DNA from: Histomonas meleagridis 2922-C6/04-290x
Taxonomy: Eukaryota > Protista > Parabasalia
Assembly (NCBI GenBank): GCA_020184695.1
Contig: JAANOX010000161.1
Coordinates: 2,089-66,088 of the forward strand
DNA length: 64,000 nt
Direction: 5' to 3'
Numbering within the stretch: the stretch's first letter is position 1; each line of letters starts with the position of its first letter. A model generated the notes under the pieces. The model saw only the letters and a program-made list of their open reading frames with translations. It made no database searches and was not told the DNA's origin. Made by a program: the position numbers and the translations under genes. This document shows, in pieces, positions 19,233 through 29,806 of the stretch.

Positions 19233-19652
19233 ATGTTTTTTCTTATATTAGTCACTAAAGGTTCATTCCTAAGAAATACTGGAAGTAGGTGGATTAAAGT
19301 AAAGCCACGGGAAATCAAGAAATCATCAACAAGAAAAATACAATTAATATCCCCTTACAATTATAATAATAACAAAAAATTCAACAAAGAAATGAATAAA
19401 GGTAAGCATGACTTTAGCCAATTATCAACTAGGAAGATAGACGATGTGGTAAATCGTTTGAGGTCTATTATTAATTCAAAGGAAATATCTAAGATGGAAA
19501 GTTCTTTTGATGAATTAAAAAATAAGATTGGGGATAATAAAGAGAATAATCTAAAAATAGATGATCATCCAATGGAATTAAACGCTATAATATCTCGCAC
19601 GATAAAGAAATTAATGGAAAAAAGGAAAAAGCTTCATGAATTTAATGGTTAA
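19233..19652 (+). CDS. Hypothetical basic protein
   Basis: 139-codon ORF with an ATG and a hydrophobic N-terminus; no family recognised. Confidence 0.45.
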   Translation: MFFLILVTKGSFLRNTGSRWIKVKPREIKKSSTRKIQLISPYNYNNNKKFNKEMNKGKHDFSQLSTRKIDDVVNRLRSIINSKEISKMESSFDELKNKIGDNKENNLKIDDHPMELNAIISRTIKKLMEKRKKLHEFNG

Positions 19653-19782
19653 CTATGTAAATAAAGAAACAAATTTACAAAAAATGAACTTATAAAAGAA
19701 ATGTAACTTTTTATGATTTTTTTAATTCTTATATAAAATATAAAAACCAATCATTATTAACACATTTTCTTTTTGATAAATA

Positions 19783-20420
19783 TTATCCAACGATCGTTAC
19801 ATATTGAACCAAAGTTACTCCACCTGAATCAGCAGTGCCATAAGCTTGTATTATCAGTACTTGAAAAACAGTTATCAAGAAATGTATAACTTGCGCATCC
19901 ATTACAATAAGTTTTAACCTTCCTCCGACTTTTTGCTTGGGTGACTCTATGTCTTTCCAGTGAATGATATTATCGTAGGCTTTAATCGTATTCGCCTTCA
20001 ACAAAGCCAATGCATCTCCATGTTACGAATGTTACTAATTACATAAAGCGCTCAAATATGTAATATATTATAATAGTGAATAAATAGATATCCCGACCAA
20101 AATGATATCATCTTCGAAGATGTGAACCCAACATCGTTTGAGGAGTCTTAAAAGTTTTAGATCATATACTGTAATTGAATTTTGCTAATTCACAATTTGA
20201 CTTTTTCGGAGTTTTTTGAATGTTTTGTGAGTCACAAACTATGGTGATCGCTTGTAGCTTATTGGCACATGAAGCAAGAAGACTAATTAATGAAAATGTT
20301 TCAATTGAACATAAAAGATAATGACAATCAAGTACATCAATGACAACTGATATCACTTTACAGAGAGGGATTGCACTAATCCACCTATTCTTTCTGTAAC
20401 TATATTTGTGATCATTTCCT
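19783..20420 (-). pseudogene. Degenerate gene remnant, possibly a glycosyltransferase
   Basis: Fragmented frames, including WVHIFEDD (20130-20107), which resembles a GT DxD-type motif. Confidence 0.3.
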
Positions 20421-20548
20421 ACAAACCTTCAGATTGCGGGATATAAAAAGAGTTTAAGCCTCATAAAATATAAGTAAGCGCATGAGATTAAAAACTGGAT
20501 TAAAACTTTTTAATAATCTGGAAATTTTAGGTAAAAAAGTTTCGGTAT

Positions 20549-20998
20549 TTATTTACCAAGTGCAAGAAGTCTGAACTCGTGGTAATCTATCTTTCCGTCA
20601 CGATTTCTGTCAGCTTCACCGATCATTTTACGAATAACTTCAGGTGAGGAATCAAGACCTAGTGAAATTAACAATGACCTAAGTTCTTGTGGAGTTATAA
20701 AACCGTCATTATCGCGATCAAAAACACGGAACGCTTCTTTTAATTCATCTTCAATATCACTTTGCCTCATTTGTCTTGACATTAAAGCAAGAAACTCGGT
20801 GAAATCTATGTTGTCATTTCCATCAGCATCAACTTCTCGGATCATATCTTGAAGTTCACTATGAGTTGGGGCTTGACCAATTGCACGCATAACAGAGGCA
20901 AGGTCATCAACGGTAATTACACCGTCGCCATTTCTATCCATGATATCGAAAGCTTGACGGAATTCTTGGATTTGTTCTGCTGTTAGGGTTTCAACCAT
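20549..20998 (-). CDS. Calmodulin-like EF-hand protein
   Basis: Four EF-hand loops (DRNGDGVIT, DADGNDNID, DRDNDGFIT, DRNRDGKID) in a 149-aa calmodulin layout. Confidence 0.95.
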   Translation of the reverse strand: MVETLTAEQIQEFRQAFDIMDRNGDGVITVDDLASVMRAIGQAPTHSELQDMIREVDADGNDNIDFTEFLALMSRQMRQSDIEDELKEAFRVFDRDNDGFITPQELRSLLISLGLDSSPEVIRKMIGEADRNRDGKIDYHEFRLLALGK

Positions 20999-21051
20999 TG
21001 TATAAAACGTTTAAAATTTCGAAAGACGTTAAAAGTATTTTACGAAAGCAA

Positions 21052-21276
21052 ATGAGCACAAACCACCCTTTTGATAAAGTAACAGAAGAAAACGAGGAAC
21101 CTGATGCACACGAAAGACCAGAGATTGGAATACATATTGATTTGTTCAATGACGATCAAACAAAAGACAATCCAAAGAAATGGGATATTTTTGGTGTAAA
21201 ACACACAGATAAAGAAGTTGACAAAATGTTCCAGGAAGCTGAAGATTTATCTACTTGGTCTTTTTGGAAAATATAA
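21052..21276 (+). CDS. Small acidic hypothetical protein
   Basis: ATG 21052, head-to-head with the calmodulin-like gene (53-bp gap); normal codon usage. Confidence 0.6.
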   Translation: MSTNHPFDKVTEENEEPDAHERPEIGIHIDLFNDDQTKDNPKKWDIFGVKHTDKEVDKMFQEAEDLSTWSFWKI

Positions 21277-21301
21277 ACATGTTTGTATAGTATATGTTTA
21301 T

Positions 21302-22450
21302 TTATTCTTTCTTAATCTTTTCTCTATGACTACAATTATCCCAAACCATCAGAGCTACACAGAACACCATTAAAAGAGGTAGGAAAAATACAAATGTTGG
21401 TGTTCCTTGGCCCCTCATATTATAATATATTGCCAATATTGAAGAACCAAAACCAGTTCCTGGGCCACTTCCTTTGATCACTCCGTTTTTCACATTTTTT
21501 ACCCAATTCAACACATCATTTTCAATAATACTTTCGTTTTGATATATCCAAAAACGAGCTCCAGCCCTATTGTACAAAACATACTTTGGAATAGAAGCGT
21601 TTTTAACTCCTATGTAACGACAAAAATGTTGATAATCTTCACAATTTGTCTTTGATACAATAAAGTCCTTTGAAACTTTATCACAAATAGAAATAGCATC
21701 ACTGGTAGGTTCTTTGCTTGTGTTTGTTAAGTAAATGAGTGCTGTTAATTTTTGGGTTGTTAAATGTTTCATCACGTAAGAAGAGATTTCAACAAAGAAA
21801 GGAAGTGAGTGCAGCAAAACAAAATTTGTAAGAGATTCTATATCCCATTCCCCATTATAATCTTCGGATCTGTTAATATCAGTGTAGACCGTTAAGGATG
21901 GCTTAACGTCTTCTTTCCCATCAATCAAAAGGAAATGTGACTCAATGTCTCTGAACTGCGTTGAAACATTACGTACGCTGTTAATTTTTTCTTTATCATT
22001 TGGTGGTATTGTGAAAACAAACACTGTTGTTGTGTTTGCTCTTTTGATATATGAACTTATTTGGGATTCATTGATTGGAATTAATGGAAAATTTAATTGT
22101 TTTTTAACGAAGAGAAGCATGTGCTCAAGGTTCCTAGTTCCGTCGTAGTTAATTTCAATGTTGTTTTTATTATCAATCCAAAATATTTTTGGATAACTAT
22201 CAGTTTTATATTTTTTACAAGATTCTCGATTCATTTCACATTCGATATCAGCTATTGAAACGTATTCATCTAGATCATCAATATATGTAAGTGCTTCCCA
22301 TGCTGGTGCCATTTCTTTGCAATGAGGACACCAACTTGCCCATAATTTCAAGAAAACTGGTTTACTTGTTTCATTTAAAAATCGTGTAAAATTTTCATCT
22401 GTTAAATGTATTGGTGTTGCAAAGGTTAATGAGAAAAAAACAAAAATCAT
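21302..22450 (-). CDS. Membrane-anchored PDI/thioredoxin-family protein (TMX-like)
   Basis: Signal peptide, WCPHC active site, further thioredoxin-like folds, C-terminal TM helix and KIKKE dilysine-like tail. Confidence 0.9.
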   Translation of the reverse strand: MIFVFFSLTFATPIHLTDENFTRFLNETSKPVFLKLWASWCPHCKEMAPAWEALTYIDDLDEYVSIADIECEMNRESCKKYKTDSYPKIFWIDNKNNIEINYDGTRNLEHMLLFVKKQLNFPLIPINESQISSYIKRANTTTVFVFTIPPNDKEKINSVRNVSTQFRDIESHFLLIDGKEDVKPSLTVYTDINRSEDYNGEWDIESLTNFVLLHSLPFFVEISSYVMKHLTTQKLTALIYLTNTSKEPTSDAISICDKVSKDFIVSKTNCEDYQHFCRYIGVKNASIPKYVLYNRAGARFWIYQNESIIENDVLNWVKNVKNGVIKGSGPGTGFGSSILAIYYNMRGQGTPTFVFFLPLLMVFCVALMVWDNCSHREKIKKE

Positions 22451-22541
22451 TTATCTTTATCGCCTTGTCACTTTTTAATATTTGGCCGATACGATACATT
22501 TATCGATGGCACTTTTTGTAAACTCATATCGTGCGGGTAAT

Positions 22542-22561
22542 GACGGTTTTGGTTGGCCTTT
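22542..22561 (+). promoter_or_regulatory. M3 + M5 core promoter of RPS24
   Basis: GACGGTTT (22542-22549) and CCTTT (22557-22561) just upstream of ATG 22568, matching motifs described for T. vaginalis. Confidence 0.7.
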
Positions 22562-22567
22562 CGGAGA

Positions 22568-22990
22568 ATGTCGAAGGTTACAATGCGCATTCGTAAATAC
22601 ATCGTAAACAAATTACTTGATCGTAAACAGTTCGTTGTCGATCTTAAACACCCAGGAAACAGGGCACCAACACGCGATGAAATCAAAGATTTAGTTGCAA
22701 AGCAACTCAAAGCTAACAAAGATCTCATTGTCATCTTCTCACTCGAAACAAAGTTCGGAGGTGGCCGTACAACAGGTTTTGGCCTTATCTATGACAATCT
22801 TGATGCACTCAAAACAATCGAACCAAAGCACCGTCTTATCAAGGCTGGACTTGCTGAAAAGAGCAAGGTTACTCGCCGTATGCGTAAGAATACACGTAAG
22901 CAAAAGGTAAAGGTTTGGGGTTCAGGCGTTCGTGCACAACGTCATAAGGTTCGCCGTCAACAACGTAAGGAAGCTCTTGAAGGTCAATAA
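22568..22990 (+). CDS. RPS24: 40S ribosomal protein S24
   Basis: NKLLDRKQFVVD..HPG, FGGGRTTGFGLIYD and EPKHRL motifs; highly biased codon usage. Confidence 0.97.
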   Translation: MSKVTMRIRKYIVNKLLDRKQFVVDLKHPGNRAPTRDEIKDLVAKQLKANKDLIVIFSLETKFGGGRTTGFGLIYDNLDALKTIEPKHRLIKAGLAEKSKVTRRMRKNTRKQKVKVWGSGVRAQRHKVRRQQRKEALEGQ

Positions 22991-23072
22991 ACATAACGAC
23001 AAATTTGATTTAGTTCTTCTTGTGAATGCAAGCTTTAAGTTTTTACGTTCTTCAACCGCTTTTTACTATACT

Positions 23073-24080
23073 TTATTTACAACAAGAAGCTAAAATAAGT
23101 GCTGTACTAAATATTTTAAATAATTTCCAAATCTTATTTTGAAATATTCCAAAATTATTAAAATAAATATTAAATAAAACAAATAAATATCTTTGGCATT
23201 AATATCAATTCCTTTTTGTTCAAGAAGTAATTTAACTATTTCTGTATGACCGTTCCAAGATGCAAGCATAAGTGCTGTATAAAATAATTTAAATAATTTC
23301 CAAATATTATTTTGAAATATTAAATTTTTAAAATAAATTTCAAATAAAACAAATAATTATCTTTAGCATTAATAGCAATTCCTTCTTGTTCAAGAAGTAA
23401 TTTAACTATTTCTGTATGACCATTTTTAGATGCATGAATAAGTGCTGTATTAAATAATTTAAATAATTTTCAAATATTATTTTGAATTTCCAAACTATTA
23501 TAATAAATTATAAATAAAACAAATAAATATCTTTATCATTAATAACAATTCCTTTTTGTTCAAGAAGTAATTTAACTATTTCGATATAGTTGTTTTCAGA
23601 GGTATAAAAATAGTGTATTAAATCCTTGAAATGATTTCTGGGTATTGTTGTAAAAAATCAAATATTAGGGAAAAAATTTATTCACAATAAATAAATATAT
23701 TTATTAAGATGAATATTAATAACTTATTGTTCAAACAAAAAATCAAAAATTTTAAAATTCATAAAGTTTTCCGCGAAAAAAAAAACAACAATTTTTCCAA
23801 CAGAATTTTTAATTTCATCAAATTTTGTTCATAAAAATATTTAGATATATCATTTCGATGAAACATATCTGCTTCATATGCATTTTTAAATGATGAATGA
23901 AGTTGTTCGCATAAATGAATAATTTCTTAATTTACACTTGCAACTGCATATTTGCCTGTATTATTTACGTTTGCACCATTCATAAGTAAATATTTAAAAC
24001 AATTAATTGCTGAAAAAAAAGCTGCATAATCAATTGATGTAACATTTTCTTCATTAATGAATGAACATCTTTCATAAAGT
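23073..24080 (-). pseudogene. Truncated DUF3447-ankyrin gene with three spacer-separated repeats
   Basis: DUF3447 remnant at ~23850-24080 similar to 11340-11400 and 40880-40940; repeat anchors at 23191, 23361 and 23531. Confidence 0.8.
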
Positions 24081-24216
24081 TATGTAAGTTGATTTTTTTA
24101 TGATTTTTTTTTTATTGTTTCTCTAATTATTTTGAAAAAAAAATTATAAAGGAAAATATTATTAATTTAACATATAAAATTAAATAAAATTTATATACTT
24201 TTATTGATAAAATAAT

Positions 24217-25380
24217 TTATCTACTTAATGACTTTACAATTTCAATTAACTTAATTAAAAGCGCAACAAACATCAAAATCACCAAAATTCCAACATGTGC
24301 CCACTTATATTTCAGCTTTGAGAACACTATAATTGCAACGAAGAATACATGTAAATTAAAGAAGATCAATTTTAACTCATACACATAACCATTTGATTGT
24401 ATTTGTGTTATCAAAGAAGCTATACAGCCAATGATCATTGCTATCATTGGTATTATGCTATTATACTCATATTTACCCTTGTTCAATAACAAAACACACA
24501 AAACTAAATAAAATATAAAAAGACGACTTTCATGTTGCTGGAAAACAACCATAAACATTGCTAAATCGAAACTTTCATTACTACTTGATGCCACATCGAA
24601 TTTCTCCCATATAATAAAAACTAAATTAGACAAAAATTTCCCATATAAAAACATAGTGCCAAAGACTTTCAAGGCTTGAATTACCATCATCAAAAAGTTT
24701 CCTAAATATTTTCCAATTTGAGAAATACCAGAAACAAAGAAAATAAAAAAGACACCAATAGATGGACCTAGGCACTCAGGTCTAAGACAAATTGATAAAG
24801 CAACAAATAAATATGAGAAAAAGAAACTTAAAAACCATTTAGTGGAGATGGTTTTCTCAGTAAAGACATTTTGAATAAAAATGTACGATAGAATTATACA
24901 AAAAGTGATGATGGCGGTTGAGGGGAATTGATATAAAAGTGCTGTTTGAGGTTCACACAAAAAGTAGAAAACCGATCCGGTTATTGCTATTAAAAAGTTT
25001 CCGCCAAGATTTGTGATGTAAACAGAGATAGAGGAAAAGATCATTGGAACTAAAATATAGGAAAGCCATGGAACTGCATCATCTATTGCTGAACACAATG
25101 GTTGCTCTTTCTTTGATAAAGGTTGGTATAAATTTTTTTTGGGAATAAAATAATTAATCAGTGAAAAAATTAATATCATGAAAAATACAATGAAAAATAC
25201 CACCACATTTTCTAGTAAATGGGCTTTTGTTTGTTTGTCGAATGTATTCTTAATCTTTTCATATGTTTCTTCATCAATTTTTTCCTCTTCGTTCTTTGAT
25301 TTTGTTTTTGAGTCATTTGAGTTGTTGGTTTTTCGTTGTAGTCCAACGCCTGATTTTGATTTTTCTTTTCGATTCTTCAT
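24217..25380 (-). CDS. Polytopic membrane protein of unknown function
   Basis: Charged N-terminus followed by about 9-10 hydrophobic segments. Confidence 0.75.
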   Translation of the reverse strand: MKNRKEKSKSGVGLQRKTNNSNDSKTKSKNEEEKIDEETYEKIKNTFDKQTKAHLLENVVVFFIVFFMILIFSLINYFIPKKNLYQPLSKKEQPLCSAIDDAVPWLSYILVPMIFSSISVYITNLGGNFLIAITGSVFYFLCEPQTALLYQFPSTAIITFCIILSYIFIQNVFTEKTISTKWFLSFFFSYLFVALSICLRPECLGPSIGVFFIFFVSGISQIGKYLGNFLMMVIQALKVFGTMFLYGKFLSNLVFIIWEKFDVASSSNESFDLAMFMVVFQQHESRLFIFYLVLCVLLLNKGKYEYNSIIPMIAMIIGCIASLITQIQSNGYVYELKLIFFNLHVFFVAIIVFSKLKYKWAHVGILVILMFVALLIKLIEIVKSLSR

Positions 25381-25679
25381 TTTTTAAAAAATCTGAAAAT
25401 AACCGTTTTCTGAGCATAAATTCTGAGAAATACGATCAAAAAAAGTAATCAGCAAAGAAGTTAATCAAGTTATTGATATTGAAGTATATTTTATGGTTGT
25501 ATTGTGTTTTATGAATCATAGTGCACAGTATTTTATGGACAATATCATGAAAAAGATAAATTTCATTGTAAACACAACAACAAATACAGTTCTTCCACAT
25601 TGGAAACTAATTTTTGTATACAAACATCTATCAAAACACGAGTTTAATCAACCGAATATATTTATAATTCATATTTTTC

Positions 25680-26582
25680 CTAAAACGCGCTCTCATCCAA
25701 GAAAATTCTTGTCATTTGTGTTACGCCTTTTTCGGCCATTTCTTTTGAGTTTTCTTTTATATATTCCTTCGGATCAATTTTCCCTATGTGTCTATTTAAC
25801 AGTTCTTTTTTGTTCATTGCTTCTTCGTCTATTATACTTCTCCGATAATTATCTGCTGCTTTTGTCATATTTTTTAATATTTTTATGTTTTCTTGATCGC
25901 GCTTAACAAAGTTCGAAATTTGAAATCCATTGCTCCATGTCGGATGATTTAAAGACATTAAAACTTGTTGCTCATATTCGCTCATTCGATATGCTACGGG
26001 CATTTGATAATAAAGTCGGCCAAGACCTCGTACTAACGCTTTGATGGATGGCTTTTCTAAGCTACCGATGAATGAAGTAGTTTCACGCGCTTCATCAGCT
26101 TGTTGCATCTGAAGTGGATTATCACCAATGCAACGAAAGGCGCCAATAACAACTTTCCCTCGAACACTTTGTACCGGATCAACAACAACGGCTATACAAC
26201 GAGGATTAAGTTTCTCCCATGTCATTTGTTGATTGATGTCAACATTGGATAGCCATACACCAAAGCCTGGATGAGAATGATACCAGCCTACAACTTCTTC
26301 GTTACGTCCTGTAAGTCTAAGATTTCTCTTCATTTGTTCTTGGAAAACATCATCAATTGATTCAACTGAGGTACCAGTTCCTGTTTGTGGAGTTGGGAAA
26401 ACATCAACAACTTGAATCGTGTAATCATCAATAAATCGACCTAACATTAATCCAACTACTTCAAGAGGGATTCCAGATTTTCCATGCTTTAACATTTTGA
26501 GAAGAGCCATACCACTGATGTGTATAGTTTCTGCTGTATCAAAATGAGTATTCCCTTGACGATTACCAAAGATGCTGTACAT
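25680..26582 (-). CDS. RPN11: 26S proteasome lid deubiquitinase Rpn11
   Basis: ALLKMLKHG..G.PLEVVGLMLG and JAMM motif GWYHSHPGFGVWLSNVD. Confidence 0.97.
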   Translation of the reverse strand: MYSIFGNRQGNTHFDTAETIHISGMALLKMLKHGKSGIPLEVVGLMLGRFIDDYTIQVVDVFPTPQTGTGTSVESIDDVFQEQMKRNLRLTGRNEEVVGWYHSHPGFGVWLSNVDINQQMTWEKLNPRCIAVVVDPVQSVRGKVVIGAFRCIGDNPLQMQQADEARETTSFIGSLEKPSIKALVRGLGRLYYQMPVAYRMSEYEQQVLMSLNHPTWSNGFQISNFVKRDQENIKILKNMTKAADNYRRSIIDEEAMNKKELLNRHIGKIDPKEYIKENSKEMAEKGVTQMTRIFLDESAF

Positions 26583-26665
26583 TAATATCTAAAAAAATAA
26601 TTTAAATATATGCCGGTCAAAATACGCTCAAAAAGTCATTCATTAATTTCGGCAAAATTCTGGGA

Positions 26666-27361
26666 ATGGAAATGAACACAGAAAACACAAAAATATGTTT
26701 ACAAATTATTAATGATTTAATGGAAGAACCTTTAGGAAAGTGCTTAATTGAATATGGTGCAGATGAAATTCCAGACGAAGTTCTTCCAACATTAACTAAT
26801 TTAAAAGTTATTCAAGAAAGGCTACAAAGAAACCAATACAACACAATAGAAGATTGGGATCGCGATGTACAAATGATACTATATAATGTTGAAAAATATT
26901 ATGGAAATAATTCGTATTTTTTCATTGTTGCTCAACAATTTACGCACTATTTCAATAAGCAAAAAGAGAAGGTATACAGATTAGGTATTGAAGGATGGAC
27001 AAGACAATTTATTAATTTACAGTTAAAGATATCTGATTTGATCTCAAAACCACCACCATCTGTTTCAAAAAATTATCCTAAAACATTCCTTAAAAGTATT
27101 AAACCACAAGAGTTTTCTGAAAATGATCTGACTTCACTTTTGGAAGATATCAAGAAATTGCCCAAACAAAAGTCAAATGATCTTTTATTTTTCAACAATG
27201 TCTTCCGCCATTATGATACAGAATTAGATATCTTCAATGAGCCACTTCGTGTTGACCTTAGAAAGCTTCCTGTTGAAGCATTAACCGAAATAAAGAAGTA
27301 TGTACATAAACGAATCGAAGAAACATCAAAAAACACTGAAAAAGAACACGTTTCGCATTGA
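26666..27361 (+). CDS. Bromodomain-like protein with an ET-like C-terminus
   Basis: LKVIQERLQRNQYNTIEDWDRDVQMILYNVEKYY bromodomain pattern; VDLRKLPVEALTEIKKYV tail. Confidence 0.7.
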   Translation: MEMNTENTKICLQIINDLMEEPLGKCLIEYGADEIPDEVLPTLTNLKVIQERLQRNQYNTIEDWDRDVQMILYNVEKYYGNNSYFFIVAQQFTHYFNKQKEKVYRLGIEGWTRQFINLQLKISDLISKPPPSVSKNYPKTFLKSIKPQEFSENDLTSLLEDIKKLPKQKSNDLLFFNNVFRHYDTELDIFNEPLRVDLRKLPVEALTEIKKYVHKRIEETSKNTEKEHVSH

Positions 27362-27590
27362 TAAAAGAATTTTTTTGTGCTAATACATAGAATAAAAATT
27401 AAATAAAATATTTTTTTAATAAATACACACATGAACAATTGGTGATTTCTTTCATTTATGCACAAATAATTTAGATTTTTATCCTGGGAAATTTTGGTTA
27501 AACCCAAAATATTCAAAAATAATGTAGAACATGATTTTGGTTTGAGGAGAATGATAAAAATTGAGTAAGGTTTGGTCTTTACTTAGGTTA

Positions 27591-27866
27591 TTATTCGGTT
27601 TCGATTGTAATGTATTGGAATAATGGACCAATTACTTCGAAATTGTCATCAAAAAATTTGAACAGAACGTTCTTTAGCCGTTTCTCATTGCGTCCCAAAT
27701 TGAGACCTAACCAGCGACAAATAATTTCCGCTATTAGAAGGATGTCACCATCTACAAGTTTGTCCCATTTTTTCATTCGAAAAATTTCCCACGTTTGATG
27801 TGATTTGTAATCATATTTTGCATGACTTGTATTTCTCTTTTGAGGAGGTTGGCGTTGGGAATCCAT
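27591..27866 (-). CDS. Small basic hypothetical protein (trichomonad-type family)
   Basis: Likely ATG 27866 (MDSQRQPP...); LGRNEKRLKNVLFKFFDDNF pattern recalled from expanded trichomonad small proteins. Confidence 0.55.
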   Translation of the reverse strand: MDSQRQPPQKRNTSHAKYDYKSHQTWEIFRMKKWDKLVDGDILLIAEIICRWLGLNLGRNEKRLKNVLFKFFDDNFEVIGPLFQYITIETE

Positions 27867-28133
27867 AATATAAAATGAAATGATATTTGACTTGAAGAAA
27901 CTCCTCCCAAAACACGATATTTCTGACGGCAAATGACAATAAACCTCAGAAAACAAAAACTTTTTGATAGTCAGAAACGTCATTGGTTACGTTAGCATTA
28001 TCCGAATCAAACACACATTCTCAAAAAATATCTTTGGAATTTTTTACATGAATTCGAAATCTATTACATAAATTTGCAAAATTAAAAAAATATAACAAAT
28101 GAAAGATAATAGAGAAGTTGTATAAATAAATTT

Positions 28134-29456
28134 TTATTCACTTGTGAATTTCTCCAACATTTCAATGATTTGATCCATGTAAACCATTAACATATTTGAA
28201 CGTAGTTGTATTGCGTATTCGTATATTTCCGATTCGTTTAGCCTCGCGCATAGTTCATCATGACTTTTTGTATTTTCACTTTTTTTCAATGTAAAAAACA
28301 AATTTTTCACAATAGATTTTTGTGTTAAATACTTCAAGCAACTTAATGACTCAATGACTTCCATAAAGAAATCACTTTTTAACAAGTTCACCCTTAGTTC
28401 TATATCATTTCTTGGGATTATTTGAGAGAAGCAATAAACGGCCTCGTTCTTTACATCAAAAGTGCCGACATGAAATAAACCATTCAAAATTTCTAATATA
28501 TTCAAATTGAAGCACAAGCACGTTAACTCATTTGAGACGATACAACCGTTCGATATGATATTTAATGAGTTAACAACAATTTTCTCTGGTTTTGTTTGAA
28601 GAAATGAAATAATTAATGGGAAGTTAATTGAGTTCACAAATGCAACATCAGAGTTATAATAAAATATTATTTCTAAACATAATAAACATCCGTAAATTAT
28701 TTTATCATTTGATGATTGTAATGCTTCATTAAATATTCCAACGAATTCATTCGTCAAAAATAATGTGTATAATGAGTTATTATTTTCAATAAGTTTAACA
28801 ATTAAAAAAAAGATTTTCGGCTTAACGGTCTCCACAGTGATGAAATTTGAAATTAACAAAAATATCGAAGAGATTTGTTCGTTCGTGAATGATTTATAAT
28901 ATGTAACAATGAAGTAAAAGAGATTTATGAAGTCTTTGAAGAGTTCGTCGTTTGGTGTAATCGTCTGAATCATCCCAAAAAATGAATCAATAATGATGGA
29001 TTGCATATTGATTGGTAAAAACTCGAATAAGTTCTCTGTAATAGTGATAATGTATGACTTAATTTGAATAACGTTTTCTGTTTGAAGTAGATTATAAATA
29101 CAATCAATAAATCCAGCATTGATTAAAAAGTTTGCAAGATTAACGTCGGCCTGTTGAGTAATAAATGTAAATATCGAAAGTAATGTATATTTCAAATCAT
29201 AAGAATTTTGACTTTTTAACAAATAAATCATAAATACATAATTCTGTTCTTTTAAATAGTCCACTATTCTTATGTCATTATATTTTTCCAAAAATTCAGA
29301 AATCATTTGAAAATAAGGAAATAATAGTTCGTTATTTTCATCAATTTGATCTAATTGTGATATAACCTTAATAACTCTGTTGATTTCCACTAGCTCTTCT
29401 TCACTATGCACATTATCATTTGTTGTAAATCTTTCCGTTGCTCTTATATTGCACAT
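28134..29456 (-). CDS. ARM/HEAT-repeat protein (importin-alpha-like)
   Basis: Helical repeats such as VVNSLNIISN and VKNEAVYCFSQI. Confidence 0.65.
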   Translation of the reverse strand: MCNIRATERFTTNDNVHSEEELVEINRVIKVISQLDQIDENNELLFPYFQMISEFLEKYNDIRIVDYLKEQNYVFMIYLLKSQNSYDLKYTLLSIFTFITQQADVNLANFLINAGFIDCIYNLLQTENVIQIKSYIITITENLFEFLPINMQSIIIDSFFGMIQTITPNDELFKDFINLFYFIVTYYKSFTNEQISSIFLLISNFITVETVKPKIFFLIVKLIENNNSLYTLFLTNEFVGIFNEALQSSNDKIIYGCLLCLEIIFYYNSDVAFVNSINFPLIISFLQTKPEKIVVNSLNIISNGCIVSNELTCLCFNLNILEILNGLFHVGTFDVKNEAVYCFSQIIPRNDIELRVNLLKSDFFMEVIESLSCLKYLTQKSIVKNLFFTLKKSENTKSHDELCARLNESEIYEYAIQLRSNMLMVYMDQIIEMLEKFTSE

Positions 29457-29487
29457 TAGTGAACTAACATAATATGTGTCACTTTTT
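29457..29487 (-). promoter_or_regulatory. AAAAGTGAC element plus Inr-like TTCACT upstream of the ARM gene
   Basis: Minus strand reads aaaaagtgac...ttcactaATG. The same motif occurs at 22467-22476, 13984-13993 and 48230-48238. Confidence 0.55.
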
Positions 29488-29806
29488 ATTTATTTAAACG
29501 TTCGTCAAAATAGTTTGTAGGTTGTTTTTATATATTATCTGATGATAGAAGAAGAAAATATGAATAGCATATTTTCCAAATTGATCTAGAATAGTATGTT
29601 AATGTGTTAAATGCTTTCGGAAAAGATGACGTTGTCGTTACATTAAAATTACATCAAACAATAAACCTTTATTATGTTATATTTCTTTGTTTATTTTTGC
29701 ATGAAATTAATTGAAAGTGAAGTTCTATTTGGAGAAAAATTTAAAATTTATATACGAAAAATGAAAGAAACACAAAGAACTTTTTATTTAAATGTACAAA
29801 TCAAGA

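Noticed and set aside
20359-20366. U6 snRNA ACAGAGA box
   Set aside because: No other U6 elements are present, and the motif is one arm of a local hairpin.
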